DNA of 64,000 nucleotides from an uncultured Alphaproteobacteria bacterium. GTDB lineage: Bacteria; Pseudomonadota; Alphaproteobacteria; Rhizobiales; Xanthobacteraceae. Below are positions 62,895 to 64,000 of this stretch, in pieces. The DNA lies in the NCBI GenBank assembly GCA_963696555.1, contig CAVOKR010000006.1:2660-66659 (forward strand), read 5' to 3'. The position numbers were made by a program, and so were the translations under genes. Under the pieces are notes generated by a model. It searched no databases and was not told the DNA's origin. It saw only the letters and a list, made by a program, of their open reading frames with translations. The stretch's first letter is position 1. The number at the start of each line of letters is the position of its first letter.

Positions 62895-63206
62895 CTAGTG
62901 CCGCGTCACGTTCGGCTCGAGCCCGAACGACGCCAGCAGCCCGTCTATCCGGCCCAAATGACCCCGCACTTTGGCGAGCATTTCGCCGTGGCGCTCGGAG
63001 TGCCGGTGACAGGTCTCCAGTAAATCGAGCAGTTGCGAGCAATTATTCTTCTCGTTCGTAAAGTACGTGATCATTCCCACGCCGAGTGAGCCGATTTTCC
63101 TTGCGCGCTTAAGGTTCGCGTCGAACAGCTCGGCGCGCGTATCATCGGACGCCGGCGATAGCTCGGCCGAATCGTAAGATTTCTTGCGCCGCTGTTTCAT
63201 CACCAC
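62895..63206 (-). CDS. hypothetical protein (103 aa)
   Basis: ORF only. Somewhat lower GC, no motif. Confidence 0.35.
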   Translation of the reverse strand: MVMKQRRKKSYDSAELSPASDDTRAELFDANLKRARKIGSLGVGMITYFTNEKNNCSQLLDLLETCHRHSERHGEMLAKVRGHLGRIDGLLASFGLEPNVTRH

Positions 63207-63418
63207 CCCCTCGAGTAGGCGTTCTTCAGTCAGTGACCCTGCTTGCTCAAGCGTGCAGACCTGAGGCCGAGGGCTCTTGACGAGGGTGATCCTAGCCGAT
63301 CACAGGCTCGGTTCTCGGTACGGTTGCGGACGAAGAATCGCCGTGTGATTCCGGGGGAGGGGGCCCGCCGGTCCGAGCAAACCTCGCAACGACACGGCAA
63401 GCGTCCTAGCCCAAAATT

Positions 63419-64000
63419 CTAGCCAATGAGCCGCCGGTATTCCTTCTCGGGCACGCCGTAGAAATCTCCCGCGATCTGCTCGATCCCCTTGCGATTGAGA
63501 AGCGCGATATGGCTGCGGTGGGTCCCAATCAGTTTCTGCCGTTTCAGACTGTGCAGCGCCTCGGTGACTCCCGCCCGCCGCACCCCGAGCATCAAGGCCA
63601 GGAACTCGTGGGTCAGCGGTAATATCGGATCGCGCGTGCGGTCGTGCGCCATCAGAATCCACCGCGCCAGCCGCTCGTCGATGTGCGCGCGCGCGTTGGC
63701 AATCGCCGTATGGGCCGTCTGCACCATGAAGACTTGCGCGAATTTGAGCAGCAAAGTCCGGAGCGAAGCGCTCGCGACCATCGCTTTGCGCAATTCATTA
63801 GCCGGCAGGCGCTGACCATGCCCGGCGACTTGCATGTAGGTGGAGTGCGGCGACTGGTCGGCACCCAGCACCACCGCGGTGCTGCTGATGCCTTCGCAGC
63901 CGATGAGTCCGACTTCGATCCGGGTCTGTTTGGCCTGGACGGCGACGACCGACGCGATGCCGGTCTCCATGAAATAAACTGAATCGATCCGGCGGTCGGG
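63419..64000 (-). CDS. Crp/Fnr-family transcriptional regulator, N-terminus outside the window
   Basis: ..DSVYFMETGIASVV.. cNMP-like beta-barrel end, C-terminal HTH ..LTHEFLALMLGVRRAGVTEALHSLKRQKLI... The reading frame stays open to the window edge. Confidence 0.8.
   Translation of the reverse strand, partial: PDRRIDSVYFMETGIASVVAVQAKQTRIEVGLIGCEGISSTAVVLGADQSPHSTYMQVAGHGQRLPANELRKAMVASASLRTLLLKFAQVFMVQTAHTAIANARAHIDERLARWILMAHDRTRDPILPLTHEFLALMLGVRRAGVTEALHSLKRQKLIGTHRSHIALLNRKGIEQIAGDFYGVPEKEYRRLIG

Overview
High-GC alphaproteobacterial chromosome segment. The palindromic repeat families and gene content suggest Hyphomicrobiales, Bradyrhizobiaceae-like. All family names below come from reading the translated ORFs and remembered motifs; no database search was run.

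Core backbone:
- Methyltransferase and Sel1 genes.
- NTA-monooxygenase-like gene, a methyltransferase and a FAD oxidoreductase.
- paaK plus a DpgC-like crotonase-fold gene.
- A minus-strand pentose-phosphate operon: tal-pgi fusion, gnd, zwf, pgl, gntK.
- TetR with an EmrAB-type efflux pair.
- rlmB and tRNA-Tyr.
- MarR/LdtR-like regulator with an L,D-transpeptidase.
- glyA-nrdR-ribD-ribE-ribH-nusB-thiL.
- A lactate-oxidase-like gene and an AceE-type E1.
- An ECF41-like sigma factor with an SDR, DUF899 and SRPBCC genes.

Accessory material:
- A visibly lower-GC island (about 27.4-36.3 kb) holds three things: a large nucleotidyltransferase-fold/DUF1488-like fusion protein with twin palindromic operators, a two-gene zinc-ribbon + TIR-transmembrane operon, and two insertion sequences.
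- One is an IS21-family element. The other is an IS1595-family element with perfect 22-bp inverted repeats (IRs), an 8-bp target duplication and a passenger gene.
- An IS481-family element and two low-GC orphan genes sit next to tRNA-Tyr.
- Several MITE/REP-like palindromic repeat families are present.

Data quality: several dozen reading frames are broken by 1-nt indels, including essential genes. Several of the breaks I could resolve sit in short homopolymers, and they are densest in the second half of the window. This looks like assembly error rather than real pseudogenisation.

Most interesting candidates: the uncharacterised TIR operon and the NTase fusion.
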